IMG/VR virus record: IMGVR_UViG_3300026382_000001
Reading direction: 5' to 3' (one strand)
DNA length: 64,000 bases
From: a virus
Taxonomy: Duplodnaviria > Heunggongvirae > Uroviricota > Caudoviricetes
Positions within the stretch are counted from its first letter, which is position 1. Each line of letters starts with the position of its first letter. Made by a program: the position numbers and the translations under genes. Below the pieces are notes generated by a model that saw nothing but the letters and a program-made list of their open reading frames with translations, ran no database searches and had not been told where the DNA came from. This document shows positions 19,484 to 28,918 of this stretch, piece by piece.

Positions 19484-20680
19484 ATCTCCACCGATTGGAG
19501 CATAAATTAAACTAGGTACTATAAGTTGGTACTGTACTCCAGTTAGTATTAATGGTTTAAAAGCCCACCAAGATACTGGAGTCCAACCAGGATCCCTTTT
19601 AGTAATTACCCTAATTTCTGAATTATCATTAAATATATCGGTAAGTAACTGAATCCATAATTCTTCGTGATGTGGATAAGTATTTAAGTACTCTTCTGTA
19701 TTTCTATAAATATATTCTAATTGTTTTCCAATATCATCTATAAGTAATTCTTTCATTCCTAATTTTTTAGAAACTTCCTCATATTCTGGTTTATTTAAAT
19801 AAGCTATTACAAAAACATCAAACATTATTAAAAGACCTTGCCAAGGAAAAGCGGCACTATCAGCTGGAATATCTGGCTGAGCATTTGCAACATATCTAGC
19901 TACATTATCAACACGCTTACCAAACAGAGAGGCATTAAAGAAACCATCTTTAGAATTTAATTTATCTAAAAAATATTCATAAAGTGTTTGAATATATCTT
20001 TGAACATATTCTTTTTTAGAAGTATTTTTATAAATACTTTGAATTACTTGTTCGAATTCATTTTGTTCATTTTTATCTAAATCTTTAATCCAATCCTTAC
20101 TTTCATTAATATTTACAATTTTTTTATAAATATCCGTAATTTCATCTTCTTCTACCATTCCATGTTTATTAGAATAATTTCTATATCCTATTGGAATTAC
20201 TGGTATTTTATCTATAATAATTAATTTTTTATCTTGTTGTAATAAATCAACAAAGTCTTTATTTTTATCATTTTTGTATTTATTAAAGTTAATCTTGTCC
20301 CAATTATTAATAAGAAAACTAACACCGTTTCCTCCAGAAGAACCTTTAGAAGCATCAGCATCTTCTAATACTCCATTGACAATATTACATTTAATTGCTT
20401 TATTAACACATTTGTTAAATAATCCTCCGAGGGAACCTATATTTTTATATACGAATGGGTGAAGAACTGGTTCCTCTAATTTTATATAAGCAAATTGATC
20501 AAAAATTTCTCTTGAACTAAAACCGAATATACTGGCATCGTAAAAACTTCCAGAATTTGGAATTAATTCATTATTAGCATCTCTTGTAAATGTTTTAGCT
20601 GTTTTTATAGCTCTGGTTTGATTTGGACCAGATTCCGGAGAGTTTACAAACTTCTCCATATTTAATAATTTCATTGGCAT
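19241..20680 (-). CDS. rpoC: RNA polymerase beta' N-terminal subunit (putative virion RNAP) ending in an 80-aa intein-N-like tail
   Basis: YDASIFG, IPVIPIGYR, LFGKRVD..ARYV, KRDPGW; homology stops at YAPIGGD, the first Asp of DxDGD. Confidence 0.87.
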   Translation of the reverse strand: MPMKLLNMEKFVNSPESGPNQTRAIKTAKTFTRDANNELIPNSGSFYDASIFGFSSREIFDQFAYIKLEEPVLHPFVYKNIGSLGGLFNKCVNKAIKCNIVNGVLEDADASKGSSGGNGVSFLINNWDKINFNKYKNDKNKDFVDLLQQDKKLIIIDKIPVIPIGYRNYSNKHGMVEEDEITDIYKKIVNINESKDWIKDLDKNEQNEFEQVIQSIYKNTSKKEYVQRYIQTLYEYFLDKLNSKDGFFNASLFGKRVDNVARYVANAQPDIPADSAAFPWQGLLIMFDVFVIAYLNKPEYEEVSKKLGMKELLIDDIGKQLEYIYRNTEEYLNTYPHHEELWIQLLTDIFNDNSEIRVITKRDPGWTPVSWWAFKPLILTGVQYQLIVPSLIYAPIGGDSFSSNYIIKDDLSEAAQNNIILENDDFIVSLPNDTTGSKNKVQKIYNSFSLVQNLKMNSSKIINEDDFEAFMATAGIRRI

Positions 20681-20706
20681 TGGATTGTTTCCTTTTGTAT
20701 TTTCTT

Positions 20707-21603
20707 TTATTTAGAAGCTAAATATTTAGTATAATTATAATTATTTTCATTTTCCGGACGAATATGAATATCTTTGATAGGTGTTTTAAAAACACTAGTA
20801 GCATTTCGAATCGTTTGGGCATCTGGATTAGTATGATGCATTTTATAATAATTCTGTTTTAATTGAGCGTCGGTATCACCTTCTGGTATATTATGAAATT
20901 GATATTTTCCATTACCTTGTCCAATTTGATGAGCTAGAGATAAATTGGTCATTTCTGGTCTACTTAATTTAGATACATCTACATCGCTAACATATTTACC
21001 AAGTTCTTTATTATAATGTAAATTTTTGGTTGCATTCTCTACCCACGGCATAGTTTCTTTATGAAGTACTCCATCACGTAATCCACGTTTTAAATCAGTC
21101 GTAGCAGTATCATTTGTAAATTGATACAACCCTTGAGCAGTGGTTGGTTTAACTCCATTTATAGGAATATTTCCACCATGTGTGTATCCAGAATTTTCAG
21201 TTTGTCCTAATCGAACCTGCCAATCATGTGTATTTTGAACGCCTTGCTCTAAAGTTCCTTTACTTATTCGAAATGGTTGATTATGTAAACCAACGTCTCC
21301 GTTCATACCATTTCGAATAATTTCTACCGAATCATTATCGAAGTATGGATAACGTTCTGGAATTACGTTATTTTCTGGATGATCTGCACTCGGAATAGGT
21401 TTAATTGGTGGAAATGGTTCTCCTTGAATATCTGGATCTTTATCAAGTATTCTTTCATTTTGAATATAATGTTTTAACGGAGTTCCAGCTTTTTTAACTT
21501 TTTCAAAAGCGGCATCATTATCAACATCATTCTCAGACCAATGGTCCATCATGTATTGCATATAATCTTCTAATAATAATTTTTTATTTAATTCTAATTT
21601 CAT
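20707..21603 (-). CDS. Putative internal virion protein with a lysozyme/transglycosylase-like motif
   Basis: N-terminal MKLELNKKLLLE propeptide-like motif; TTAQGLYQF resembles the SAxGxYQF lysozyme-fold signature. Confidence 0.55.
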   Translation of the reverse strand: MKLELNKKLLLEDYMQYMMDHWSENDVDNDAAFEKVKKAGTPLKHYIQNERILDKDPDIQGEPFPPIKPIPSADHPENNVIPERYPYFDNDSVEIIRNGMNGDVGLHNQPFRISKGTLEQGVQNTHDWQVRLGQTENSGYTHGGNIPINGVKPTTAQGLYQFTNDTATTDLKRGLRDGVLHKETMPWVENATKNLHYNKELGKYVSDVDVSKLSRPEMTNLSLAHQIGQGNGKYQFHNIPEGDTDAQLKQNYYKMHHTNPDAQTIRNATSVFKTPIKDIHIRPENENNYNYTKYLASK

Positions 21604-21665
21604 TTTAATCTCTTTTGATTTTATATAAGAATTAGTTCTTTTAATTAAAATTTGCTCCTTTAAAA

Positions 21666-21705
21666 TACTTTAAAATAAGTTATTTATTATATAGATATCT
21701 TATAA
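21666..21705 (+). promoter_or_regulatory. Phage promoter (same consensus as 4692)
   Basis: TACTTTAAAATAA-N11-TATAGATATCTTATAA. Confidence 0.85.
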
Positions 21706-21747
21706 TCAGTAAAGAGTTGAATCATTAGCAAAATGATTTATTTTTAT

Positions 21748-21800
21748 AGCATAATCCTAATGCTGGATATACCTCCGATAAAGGAGAAGAAGGAGTTATT
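21748..21800 (+). promoter_or_regulatory. Leader motif copy 4
   Basis: AGCATAATCCTAATGCT...CTCC-GATAAA-GGAG-AAGAAGG. Confidence 0.7.
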
Positions 21801-22037
21801 ATGGCAAGTAATCAAAATATTAAAAATCATAAAAATCATAAAAATGGGAATCGTCCTCAAAGACGAAACCCATATTCGCGATTAAGTGTAATAGCGATAG
21901 CCAATGCTATCGCATTTACTCAAAGTCGTTTGGAGAACGAATATTCTCCAAACGTAGTACGAGCTTACCATCAAGATCTTAGAGATCTTGGTTATGCTCT
22001 TATAGAGATTGCTAATGATGGTTTATACCAAAATTAG
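21801..22037 (+). CDS. Small protein with a basic Asn/Arg-rich N-terminus
   Basis: Has its own promoter, leader and terminator. Confidence 0.8.
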   Translation: MASNQNIKNHKNHKNGNRPQRRNPYSRLSVIAIANAIAFTQSRLENEYSPNVVRAYHQDLRDLGYALIEIANDGLYQN

Positions 22038-22045
22038 CAATCTCT

Positions 22046-22075
22046 AGGAAAGGATAGATATATCCTTTCCTTTCT
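22046..22075 (+). terminator. Intrinsic terminator
   Basis: GGAAAGGATA-GATA-TATCCTTTCC then TTTCT. Confidence 0.7.
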
Positions 22076-22127
22076 CTCGACAAAATAAAATAATTTTTAG
22101 AACATTCAGTGGAATTAAACGACATGA

Positions 22128-22172
22128 AAACTATTCATGGTGGTACCATGAATAGTTAACTATTAATAGTTA
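22128..22172. repeat. REP-like palindrome AACTATTCATGGT-GGT-ACCATGAATAGTT plus a 14-bp unit
   Basis: Covarying copy at 60988-61023. Confidence 0.8.
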
Positions 22173-22184
22173 TCTAGTTTATTA

Positions 22185-25181
22185 TTAATCTATATTTTTT
22201 AATTTTGGAGGTTCCGGAATACTTTGGGAAAGATTATTTTTCTCTTCTTCGTAATGAACTTCTTCCTCTGCTATTAAATTTTCACCTGCGCTTAACGTAT
22301 CTAAAGGATTCATCTTTTTAATTTTAGTTTGAACTCTTTTAATTTTTTTCGTAATTTCTGGAATTTCTTCTAAAATAATATTAGAAGAACTTAGAGATTT
22401 TTCAAGTTTCTTTTTATTAATAACTAAAACAACTTCGCTATTTTTTATTTCAATACTAATTCCAAAAAATTCTAAATTATTATTAGCTAAGAATCTTTGA
22501 ACACTCGTACTTACTTTAAAATTAAGACTTTGTAAATATCTATTAATAAGAGTTAATGAAATATTACCACTCTTTGAAAATTGATCCTTAATTTGATCCA
22601 GTAATTCAAGATTGTTTTTCATCATAATTGGATCAGATACATTTTCATTAAGCTGTAGTCCAATATCTTTCCATTCCCCTTTTAACATTAAAAGTACTAA
22701 TTCCCCAAATGGATGCATTTTAAGTACTTGGGTATAAAAAGTGGCATTCTTAAGATTTGTCATAGCTTTTGGTTTATCTAATTTATTATTTAAAATAATT
22801 GCCCAAAAAGTTTCTAATTCTTCCTTTACATTACTTACGAATTGCTCTATACTTAATCCAAGAGATTCCGTTAATTCTAATAAAGTAATTTCCGAATTAA
22901 AATAAACCATACGTCTATCTGAACTTGGATGTCTTGCTGGTACTTGACCATTACTAAACATCATTATATTTAATTTCTTAGTTTTAGATTGTGTGTCGAC
23001 TCCTTTCTTTTCAATAAGAAGTTTATCGGAACCAGTAATAAGTTTTAATGCATCGTTACTTTTTTGAGTACTAAAATCTCCTTCATCTAGAACCATTAAA
23101 GAACAACTTTCTAAAATACTATTAAAGTTTGACATAAGTCTATCCGTACTAAGAATTTTAGTAAACTCTGAATTTATATACCATTCTAAAATAGTACTTA
23201 CGAATAAGTTTTTACCAGCTCCAGGAACACCAAAGAATACCGGAATAGTTGGGAGTACATAATGATTAGCTGTAGCAGTTAACCAGTTAATAAACCACCC
23301 TAAATCACCTCTTTGTACTAACTGTAATATATATTTATATGTCCAAGGTGTTTTCTCTTTAAGCATAATAATGGTATCGTTTACTTCTAATTGCTCTGGA
23401 AATTCTTCTTTTAAAGTATCGTTAGCCGAATGAGCTTTTTCGTAATTTTTACTTGGTACCCAAAGATTTACAAACTTAATAAAGTTTCTTTGAAAGACAG
23501 TTGGTTTACCTGGTTGAAATTCTTCAAAAGCTTCTATAAGAATTTTTCTTTCAAAAGCTCTAGCAAATTCTTTTTGAAATTCAAAATCAATATCAGTAAC
23601 ATTTAATTGATTACTAAGGACATGATTTGCTAACATTACCATACCATCAAATGAATAAACTTCTCCAGAATCAATATGTCTAATAATACAAGCTCTATTT
23701 TTATTAGCTAATCTATAATAAACATAATCATCCTGATTAATTTTATCAATAAGAACTTCGATTAGTTCATCCATTTCCATTTTTTCAAATTCTTTACGAT
23801 CAGCCTTCTTGAATTTAATTCCGGCTAAATCAGCAATTTTATTAATTGCGTCACCTTTATTAAGTTCATGAACTTTCATAAATGCTTCAACTATACTATA
23901 TGATTGATTATCGTGGAAATCTTCGAATTTTAAAGAATTTTTATAAATTGCCATACTTGGTTTAGTCTCTTCGTGAAATAGACAATTAATTTTCCAATAA
24001 CTACCATGATCTTCGAAATTAACATCTGGGAACAGAGCTGCTAAATTAAAAATACCATCCTGAATCTTTTGTTTAAGATTTTGTACTAATTCGTACTCAA
24101 GTGGATTAGTATTTAAAATATTTAAATTATTTTTATTCTGAGCTAAATCAATTCGCGCATCTTCAGCTAAAATATCTTTTGGAAACATTAAAGCTTGTGT
24201 ATTTTCGCTAAGCTTTTGAAAACTTTTAATAATACCAATATAGTAATCTTCGTAACTTTTCTTTTGAATATCCGTATATCCGCTAGCTAAAATTTCATTA
24301 TCTATCTCAGTAATGATTTTATTGAACTCTAATTTTAAAGGATCTTGATTAAAGAAATCAAATATCCCAGTGGTTCCAATAGTATGGAATGTTGGAATAT
24401 TTCCATACTTTTGGTGAACGATACCAGCAGCTCTTTGAGTATGAGAAATATCTTTAAATGATGCATCAAAATCCATAATAATTTCAGAGAAATTACCCAT
24501 AATATCTTTAACGAGAACTCCAAAAGTTTTCTTACCAAGAATAGCACCAAGTCTATTAAAAATTAACTTTGCATCCCCAGCATATAAATCTTGGTCAAAA
24601 TCAAAAGCTATTTGAATTCCCCCACCAGTTACCATACTGAATGAAGGAATTATTGATTCAAAACCATGTCCTTTCAATAAAGAAAATAATTCTAAATAAC
24701 TTCTAATAATTACCATCTTTTGATAATTTTCTTCTAAAGAATAAACATGAAATCTTTCTTTAGTTCCTTTGATATGTGCATCAATATCAAGTACAATAGT
24801 ATTTAATTTTTTAAAAGTATTGATACTTGGTGCTTTTACATTACCTTTTTCATTAAGGTTTTTTGGATCGTATTCAAAAATTCCGGTACTTATCGAAATA
24901 CCACAATCATGATGAGGCAAAGAAACTATTTTATTTTTTAAATAGTTTATTAAATTATTTGGGTTCTTTAATTGAACATTATCTGTAATTTCAAAATCTT
25001 TTATATTTTCATATTTTCCACGAATCTCTTGTTTAACTTTAGCTTGAAAAACTATTCTAGCTGTTTCATCTTCTTTAAAATCATTAACTTTGAATATTTT
25101 ATTCCAGTAAGTTATGATATCTTGTTCGTTCATAATTTGAGTAAAATTTATTTCTTGATTATTTTGAGGTGCAGATTGCAT
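22185..25181 (-). CDS. Primase-helicase (primase-like N-terminus, CHC2-like zinc finger, SF3/D5-like helicase)
   Basis: VLDIDAH and TGGG in the N-terminal domain; CLFHEETKPS; GVPGAGKNLF (Walker A), VLDEG (Walker B), MFSN, SDRR. Confidence 0.85.
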   Translation of the reverse strand: MQSAPQNNQEINFTQIMNEQDIITYWNKIFKVNDFKEDETARIVFQAKVKQEIRGKYENIKDFEITDNVQLKNPNNLINYLKNKIVSLPHHDCGISISTGIFEYDPKNLNEKGNVKAPSINTFKKLNTIVLDIDAHIKGTKERFHVYSLEENYQKMVIIRSYLELFSLLKGHGFESIIPSFSMVTGGGIQIAFDFDQDLYAGDAKLIFNRLGAILGKKTFGVLVKDIMGNFSEIIMDFDASFKDISHTQRAAGIVHQKYGNIPTFHTIGTTGIFDFFNQDPLKLEFNKIITEIDNEILASGYTDIQKKSYEDYYIGIIKSFQKLSENTQALMFPKDILAEDARIDLAQNKNNLNILNTNPLEYELVQNLKQKIQDGIFNLAALFPDVNFEDHGSYWKINCLFHEETKPSMAIYKNSLKFEDFHDNQSYSIVEAFMKVHELNKGDAINKIADLAGIKFKKADRKEFEKMEMDELIEVLIDKINQDDYVYYRLANKNRACIIRHIDSGEVYSFDGMVMLANHVLSNQLNVTDIDFEFQKEFARAFERKILIEAFEEFQPGKPTVFQRNFIKFVNLWVPSKNYEKAHSANDTLKEEFPEQLEVNDTIIMLKEKTPWTYKYILQLVQRGDLGWFINWLTATANHYVLPTIPVFFGVPGAGKNLFVSTILEWYINSEFTKILSTDRLMSNFNSILESCSLMVLDEGDFSTQKSNDALKLITGSDKLLIEKKGVDTQSKTKKLNIMMFSNGQVPARHPSSDRRMVYFNSEITLLELTESLGLSIEQFVSNVKEELETFWAIILNNKLDKPKAMTNLKNATFYTQVLKMHPFGELVLLMLKGEWKDIGLQLNENVSDPIMMKNNLELLDQIKDQFSKSGNISLTLINRYLQSLNFKVSTSVQRFLANNNLEFFGISIEIKNSEVVLVINKKKLEKSLSSSNIILEEIPEITKKIKRVQTKIKKMNPLDTLSAGENLIAEEEVHYEEEKNNLSQSIPEPPKLKNID

Positions 25182-25213
25182 TATTGTTTTCCTTATCTTA
25201 TTAATATTTATAT

Positions 25214-26101
25214 CTATAATTTGTATTCTAAGAATTCCTCTATATTATTAAAATAATATTGTGGTATTCTTATAAGTTTTATATTGTTCTTTCTACAATA
25301 TTCATTTTTTATAAAATCTCTTTTTTGAATAATTTTAAAAGTTTTTTCTCCGCCAAAATATTTTATTGGTTTAAAATGTTGTTCTCCATCGAATTCAATA
25401 ATTACGTTTAAATTTGGTAAATAAAAATCAAATGGTAAAACTTTTTTAAATTTACAATCTTTAAAAATTTTTTCCTGAATATAATTTATATTATTTTCTT
25501 CTAAATAATTTCTTATTTTATTTTCACCAAACGAATTTTTGCATTTCGGACAACCATTTCCATTTCTATGATTCATCGGCATTTGAAAGAATTTCCCATG
25601 TTCCGGACAGATAATTTCTACTTTAGTCGTAGTATTTTCATATTGTACTTTTGAATAATCGTATTTATTCCCATGAACTTTTCTAAAATCTTTTATAACT
25701 TTATCTAAGTTTTTTCTAGATTTATCATTAGAACATTTTTGACAACCATACGATAAATGTCCATTTGGTTGTTGAAAAAAACTTCCATGTATCGTACAAA
25801 TTATTTCGATCGGTGTTTTGGAATCTTTATAAATTACTTTCGAGTAATCGTATTTATTCCCATGAACATTTTTAAAATCTTCTATAACTTTATCTAAGTT
25901 TTTAAATTTATTAATTTTGGCACATTCTTGACATCCATTTCCATACATATGATCTTTAGCCGTTTGTAAAAATTCGCCATGTATTGGACATATTATAATT
26001 AATTTATTAAAAATTCCAGTATATTTAGATTTTGAATAATTATATTTATCTCCATGTTTATTTATAGAACGTTTTATAAATATTTTAGTATTTAAAGCCA
26101 T
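25214..26101 (-). CDS. Zinc-repeat homing-type endonuclease directly downstream of the intein-C gene
   Basis: Three repeats plus LPFDFY...IEFDGEQH. Confidence 0.85.
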   Translation of the reverse strand: MALNTKIFIKRSINKHGDKYNYSKSKYTGIFNKLIIICPIHGEFLQTAKDHMYGNGCQECAKINKFKNLDKVIEDFKNVHGNKYDYSKVIYKDSKTPIEIICTIHGSFFQQPNGHLSYGCQKCSNDKSRKNLDKVIKDFRKVHGNKYDYSKVQYENTTTKVEIICPEHGKFFQMPMNHRNGNGCPKCKNSFGENKIRNYLEENNINYIQEKIFKDCKFKKVLPFDFYLPNLNVIIEFDGEQHFKPIKYFGGEKTFKIIQKRDFIKNEYCRKNNIKLIRIPQYYFNNIEEFLEYKL

Positions 26102-26110
26102 ACCAGTATC

Positions 26111-27325
26111 CTATTTAGTAGCGTTATATAACCCTAATTGACTGTCAGTCTTTACACCCCAATTTTGTATATTTAAATTAGCAGGATTAACGAATTTCGT
26201 TTTATTAGTAGCACTAAAATTTTCAGAAGCTTCTTTAGCTGCTTCTTTAGAAAATAATGCCATTGCCGCTAGGATATCACCATCAGAGTTTTTCAATAAT
26301 GGTAATCCGTCCAAATAAAAGTTATGAGCATTATCATTTTCCATAACTAAATCAACCATTTTTAAATTATCTTGATTTACCTGAACTTTTTCAAATACTA
26401 TATCAGTACACGGAATTAATTCAATTTCCCCAGAGTTTATACCAACTGGATCTAAATTATTTTCCATACTTCTAATATCATTTATATCATTATAAAATTT
26501 TAAGTACCTGGTTTTAATTTGACCATTTATTATAAAATATTTTAAATTTCTAAATTTAAATTGTAAATCTTTTAAAATATCTAACTCATTTTCTTTTATT
26601 AATAATTTATATAAGTATGAACTGAACTTATATCTTACTATAAAATTTTCATCTTTTTTACGAATACTATAACTAGCTTCCAAAAGATTAAAAATTAAAC
26701 CAACGCTATATAAATTGATATTTTCTGGTATAATTCCAGAATTTTTAAATAATTCTGTTAACCCTAATAAAAATTTATAATTTGAATTTACTAAAATACC
26801 TTTGTTAAAACTAACTTTATTATTTTTAAAAGTTATAAAATTACTTATGAATATTTTTTCAGTCTCGGTAAAATTTTTAGAAAATTGAAATGATTCATCA
26901 GAATAAAGTAAATGTATAATAATTTCTTTAGCAAAAGAATATGTTAATTTAATTTGAAATTCTTTATTATTATTTTTATCTTTAATAATTAAAATTTCAT
27001 TATTTCTTTTTTGAAACGAGTACTTCCAAAATAAAAAATAATTATCTGGATCACGTTGTATTTCTGTAACCGTTGGGGCCTGTAATTCTAAGGTTTCTTT
27101 ATTAAGAGTGATTATAGATTCTTTTTCAGAAATTCTAAAATCGGTTTTTTTATTAAAGAGACCTAAGTTAATTCTATTCTTATGAATTCCAAAATCATTC
27201 TTACTTAGGATTCGGTATTGTATTGGTACTTCGTGGATACTAGTACCAATAATTTCTTGAGTTATATTTTTAGTTTCATGTACTTTATTAATTGTTTCTG
27301 TACTTATGACTTTTTTAAAAGACAT
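26111..27325 (-). CDS. rpoC: Intein-C fragment fused to the 58-aa RNAP beta' catalytic-loop segment (SDGD...LGLYNATK)
   Basis: Block F/G MVDLVMENDNAHNFYLDGLPLLKN|S; extein aligns with bacterial beta' DGDQMAV...EAQLEA...SPAN...VLGLYYMT. Confidence 0.85.
   Translation of the reverse strand: MSFKKVISTETINKVHETKNITQEIIGTSIHEVPIQYRILSKNDFGIHKNRINLGLFNKKTDFRISEKESIITLNKETLELQAPTVTEIQRDPDNYFLFWKYSFQKRNNEILIIKDKNNNKEFQIKLTYSFAKEIIIHLLYSDESFQFSKNFTETEKIFISNFITFKNNKVSFNKGILVNSNYKFLLGLTELFKNSGIIPENINLYSVGLIFNLLEASYSIRKKDENFIVRYKFSSYLYKLLIKENELDILKDLQFKFRNLKYFIINGQIKTRYLKFYNDINDIRSMENNLDPVGINSGEIELIPCTDIVFEKVQVNQDNLKMVDLVMENDNAHNFYLDGLPLLKNSDGDILAAMALFSKEAAKEASENFSATNKTKFVNPANLNIQNWGVKTDSQLGLYNATK
26288..27325 (-). 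mobile_element. Putative split intein, C-fragment (~346 aa)
   Basis: Terminal Asn followed by Ser+1; block F; degenerate block-B-like FRISEKESII and endonuclease-like FLLGL segment. Confidence 0.8.
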
Positions 27326-27383
27326 TTTTGTTTCCTTTATTTCGTTGTAAAATCTTCTTGTTTCTTATTCATTAATATATCTA

Positions 27384-28277
27384 TTAAGCTGTATATCTAC
27401 TAGCAGCTACTTGATTATTATTTCCATGTAGTATATGTTGACCCTGTCCACCAATAAGTCCAGAAGCTTTCCATAATGATTGATCATTATTTCCAAATAC
27501 TTTTAAATCATTTCTACGTTTATTAATACTTTGATTTACTTCTTGAGCGTTTTGTGATTTATAATCAGCTAACCCCACATTTTGTCCATTATTGAAATTA
27601 TCTACTTCTCTTTGAGTATATAAATTTGCATCTACCTGTGCTTGTTGAACAGTCGGAGAATTTAATTTTTCCGTCATTGGATTAAATTTTTTATCTTTAT
27701 TAGCATTTAATAAATTTTTTCTTTGATCATTTGGCATACTTTCAAAAGATTTTACTCTTTCATTTGTAATTCTGGTATTTGGATCAATTCCTTCTGGTAT
27801 TTTCTTACCTTGTATTTCGGCATACTTTTTAGCTGGAATATCAATTGAATTTGAGTATTGTTGTGTTTTCAGAAGTTTTCTTTTTGTATCCTCAATATTT
27901 CTATATTTTTCAATATTTTCGCTATGGTCATCTATTTTAGATTGGATACCTTTCAATACCTTTTCTTTTCTTTTAGAATTTTCGATATTATAAGTTTCGT
28001 AATTTTTATTATCTTTACTATATACTGGATCATAAGAACTATTTTTTCTAATATTATATTGAGTTTGAATTTTTTTCATATTTTGTTCTGAACTTTTTCT
28101 TAATTTCTTTGTACTTAATAAAGATTTAAAACCACTTGATAAAGTAGCAGCTAATTTAGAGCGATTTTCATTTTTCACTGGTTTAAGTTTACCTTTAGTA
28201 CCAACCGTCTTTTTAAACCAAGCTCCCGGCCGTTGAATTTCTTCAATTAATGAACTTTTATTTATATTTAATATCAT
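27384..28277 (-). CDS. Putative internal virion protein (basic)
   Basis: N-terminal MILNINKSSLIEE motif. Confidence 0.6.
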   Translation of the reverse strand: MILNINKSSLIEEIQRPGAWFKKTVGTKGKLKPVKNENRSKLAATLSSGFKSLLSTKKLRKSSEQNMKKIQTQYNIRKNSSYDPVYSKDNKNYETYNIENSKRKEKVLKGIQSKIDDHSENIEKYRNIEDTKRKLLKTQQYSNSIDIPAKKYAEIQGKKIPEGIDPNTRITNERVKSFESMPNDQRKNLLNANKDKKFNPMTEKLNSPTVQQAQVDANLYTQREVDNFNNGQNVGLADYKSQNAQEVNQSINKRRNDLKVFGNNDQSLWKASGLIGGQGQHILHGNNNQVAASRYTA

Positions 28278-28334
28278 ATTTTTTTCCTATAATTAATATC
28301 CTTTTGTTCTCGTTTTCTATTCGGTTCCTTTATT

Positions 28335-28375
28335 TAACGACAGGAAAATTTGAGGAATTAATTCCTCAAATTTTC
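28335..28375 (-). terminator. Terminator followed by TTCCTGTCGTTA
   Basis: GAAAATTTGAGGAA/TTCCTCAAATTTTC stem running directly into CTGTCGTTA on the - strand. Confidence 0.75.
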
Positions 28376-28408
28376 TATATTCCTTCAATTCCCATAATAA
28401 ATCCTTTA

Positions 28409-28900
28409 TTATGAAATGGTTGTAAATGAATTTTTAGAAAAACATATTGGACATAAGAGATCCAAATCATTATCTAAAAAATATTTGTAGGTTTTTTGAT
28501 AAGCATTTGTGTACTTATCATCCGTAACATCATCATTTCCCTGATCATCTTTTGAAACTACTTTACCATCTCTAAATGGATAGAGTTGATTAATATTTGC
28601 TTTATAAGCACATGCTTTACAAAAAATAATATCAGTATTCTCTTCTAAATCATAAGATGTTAGCCAACTATCGGGGATAGTTATATTAGTGTACATCATA
28701 TTTTCTGGAAAGAAATCAAACGAAAATTGCTGTTGAACATTTCCATCTTTGTCATAGTACTGATAAACTTTAAAATCTGTTGGAGTAATTGTTTTACCCC
28801 CGTAAGTTCTAAAGAAATTTTCTAGTCTATCTTCAATACCAGCGCTAATACCTTTAGCGTCTTGAATTAAAGTACTAGTATCTTTTAAAGTTATTTTCAT
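28409..28900 (-). CDS. Hypothetical protein with two CxxC pairs
   Basis: CKAC and CPIC. Confidence 0.7.
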   Translation of the reverse strand: MKITLKDTSTLIQDAKGISAGIEDRLENFFRTYGGKTITPTDFKVYQYYDKDGNVQQQFSFDFFPENMMYTNITIPDSWLTSYDLEENTDIIFCKACAYKANINQLYPFRDGKVVSKDDQGNDDVTDDKYTNAYQKTYKYFLDNDLDLLCPICFSKNSFTTIS

Positions 28901-28918
28901 AACACTTCCTTCGTTTTA

